A stretch of 64,000 nt of DNA, taken from positions 56,499,578 to 56,563,577 of the forward strand of contig NC_068997.1 of assembly GCF_001194135.2 (NCBI RefSeq), in the 5' to 3' direction. Position 1 is the stretch's first letter. Each line of letters begins with the position of its first letter. Shown here one piece after another: positions 63,484-64,000 of this stretch. The position numbers and the translations under genes were made by a program. Below the pieces are notes generated by a model, which saw only the letters and a list, made by a program, of their open reading frames with translations, did not search any database and was not told where the DNA came from. This stretch comes from Octopus bimaculoides (lineage: Eukaryota).

Positions 63484-63914
63484 TAACAATATTGCTGCTG
63501 CTGATAGAAATGATGATGATGGGGATGATTGAGATGATGATGGGGATGATTGAGATGATGATGTTATATGCGCTTTTCTGGAGTGGAACTGAATTCTTGC
63601 AGTTGATATTATATGGAGGAAAGAATATTGCTTGTCTGTTGTCATAGCGACAGCTGCTTCTGTTACTGCTGTTGTAGCTGCTGCTGCTGCTGAGTGTCCT
63701 GTTGTTGTTGTTGTTGTATTACACTTGTTACTGTTATTGGTTGTAATTTTCTGGTGTTTTAATACTAATGTCGCTCTCAATAACATTGTCGTTGTTGTTG
63801 TTGTCTTTGCTACCGAAGATGTTTCTATTGTTATTGTTTATAGTGTTGTTCTTACATATACACACACACATACATACAAACATGCATAATTCATACATAC
63901 ACATAGACATACAT

Positions 63915-63947
<33 letters not shown>

Positions 63948-64000
63948 CATACATACATACATACACACATACACACACACGCACATACATACATACATAC
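63484..64000. repeat. (GAT)/(GCT)/(GTT) trinucleotide and (CA)/(CATA) compound repeats
   Basis: Directly visible. Confidence 0.9.

Overview
AT-rich, microsatellite-dense eukaryotic genomic DNA with nine assembly gaps. The SINE repertoire looks like an octopus (cephalopod) genome; this is inferred from remembered consensus sequences, not from a search. No long intact ORF, rRNA, genuine tRNA gene or CRISPR array is present. The window is mostly intronic/intergenic DNA containing several SINE-like families (labelled A-I here), a full-length dead mariner with TIRs (29617-30915), a Tc1 remnant, RTE and R4/Dong LINE remnants, degraded Penelope-like (PLE) ORF remnants and a few candidate plus-strand exons of an unidentified gene. 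The most interesting signal is family G, found at four loci (about 5.1, 26.5, 41.9 and 55.7 kb). It is a roughly 270-bp non-coding element with a tRNA-like Pol III head (A and B boxes) followed by a minimal PLE-type type-I hammerhead ribozyme motif (CUGAUGA-A-stemII-GAAAC-GUU) and a 31-nt tail. At 55.7 kb it is inserted as an inverted-partial plus full-length palindrome between 12-bp target-site duplications, as PLE insertions are. The working hypothesis is a Pol III SINE that carries a self-cleaving ribozyme and is mobilised by Penelope-like elements. Ribozyme activity and novelty were not tested.
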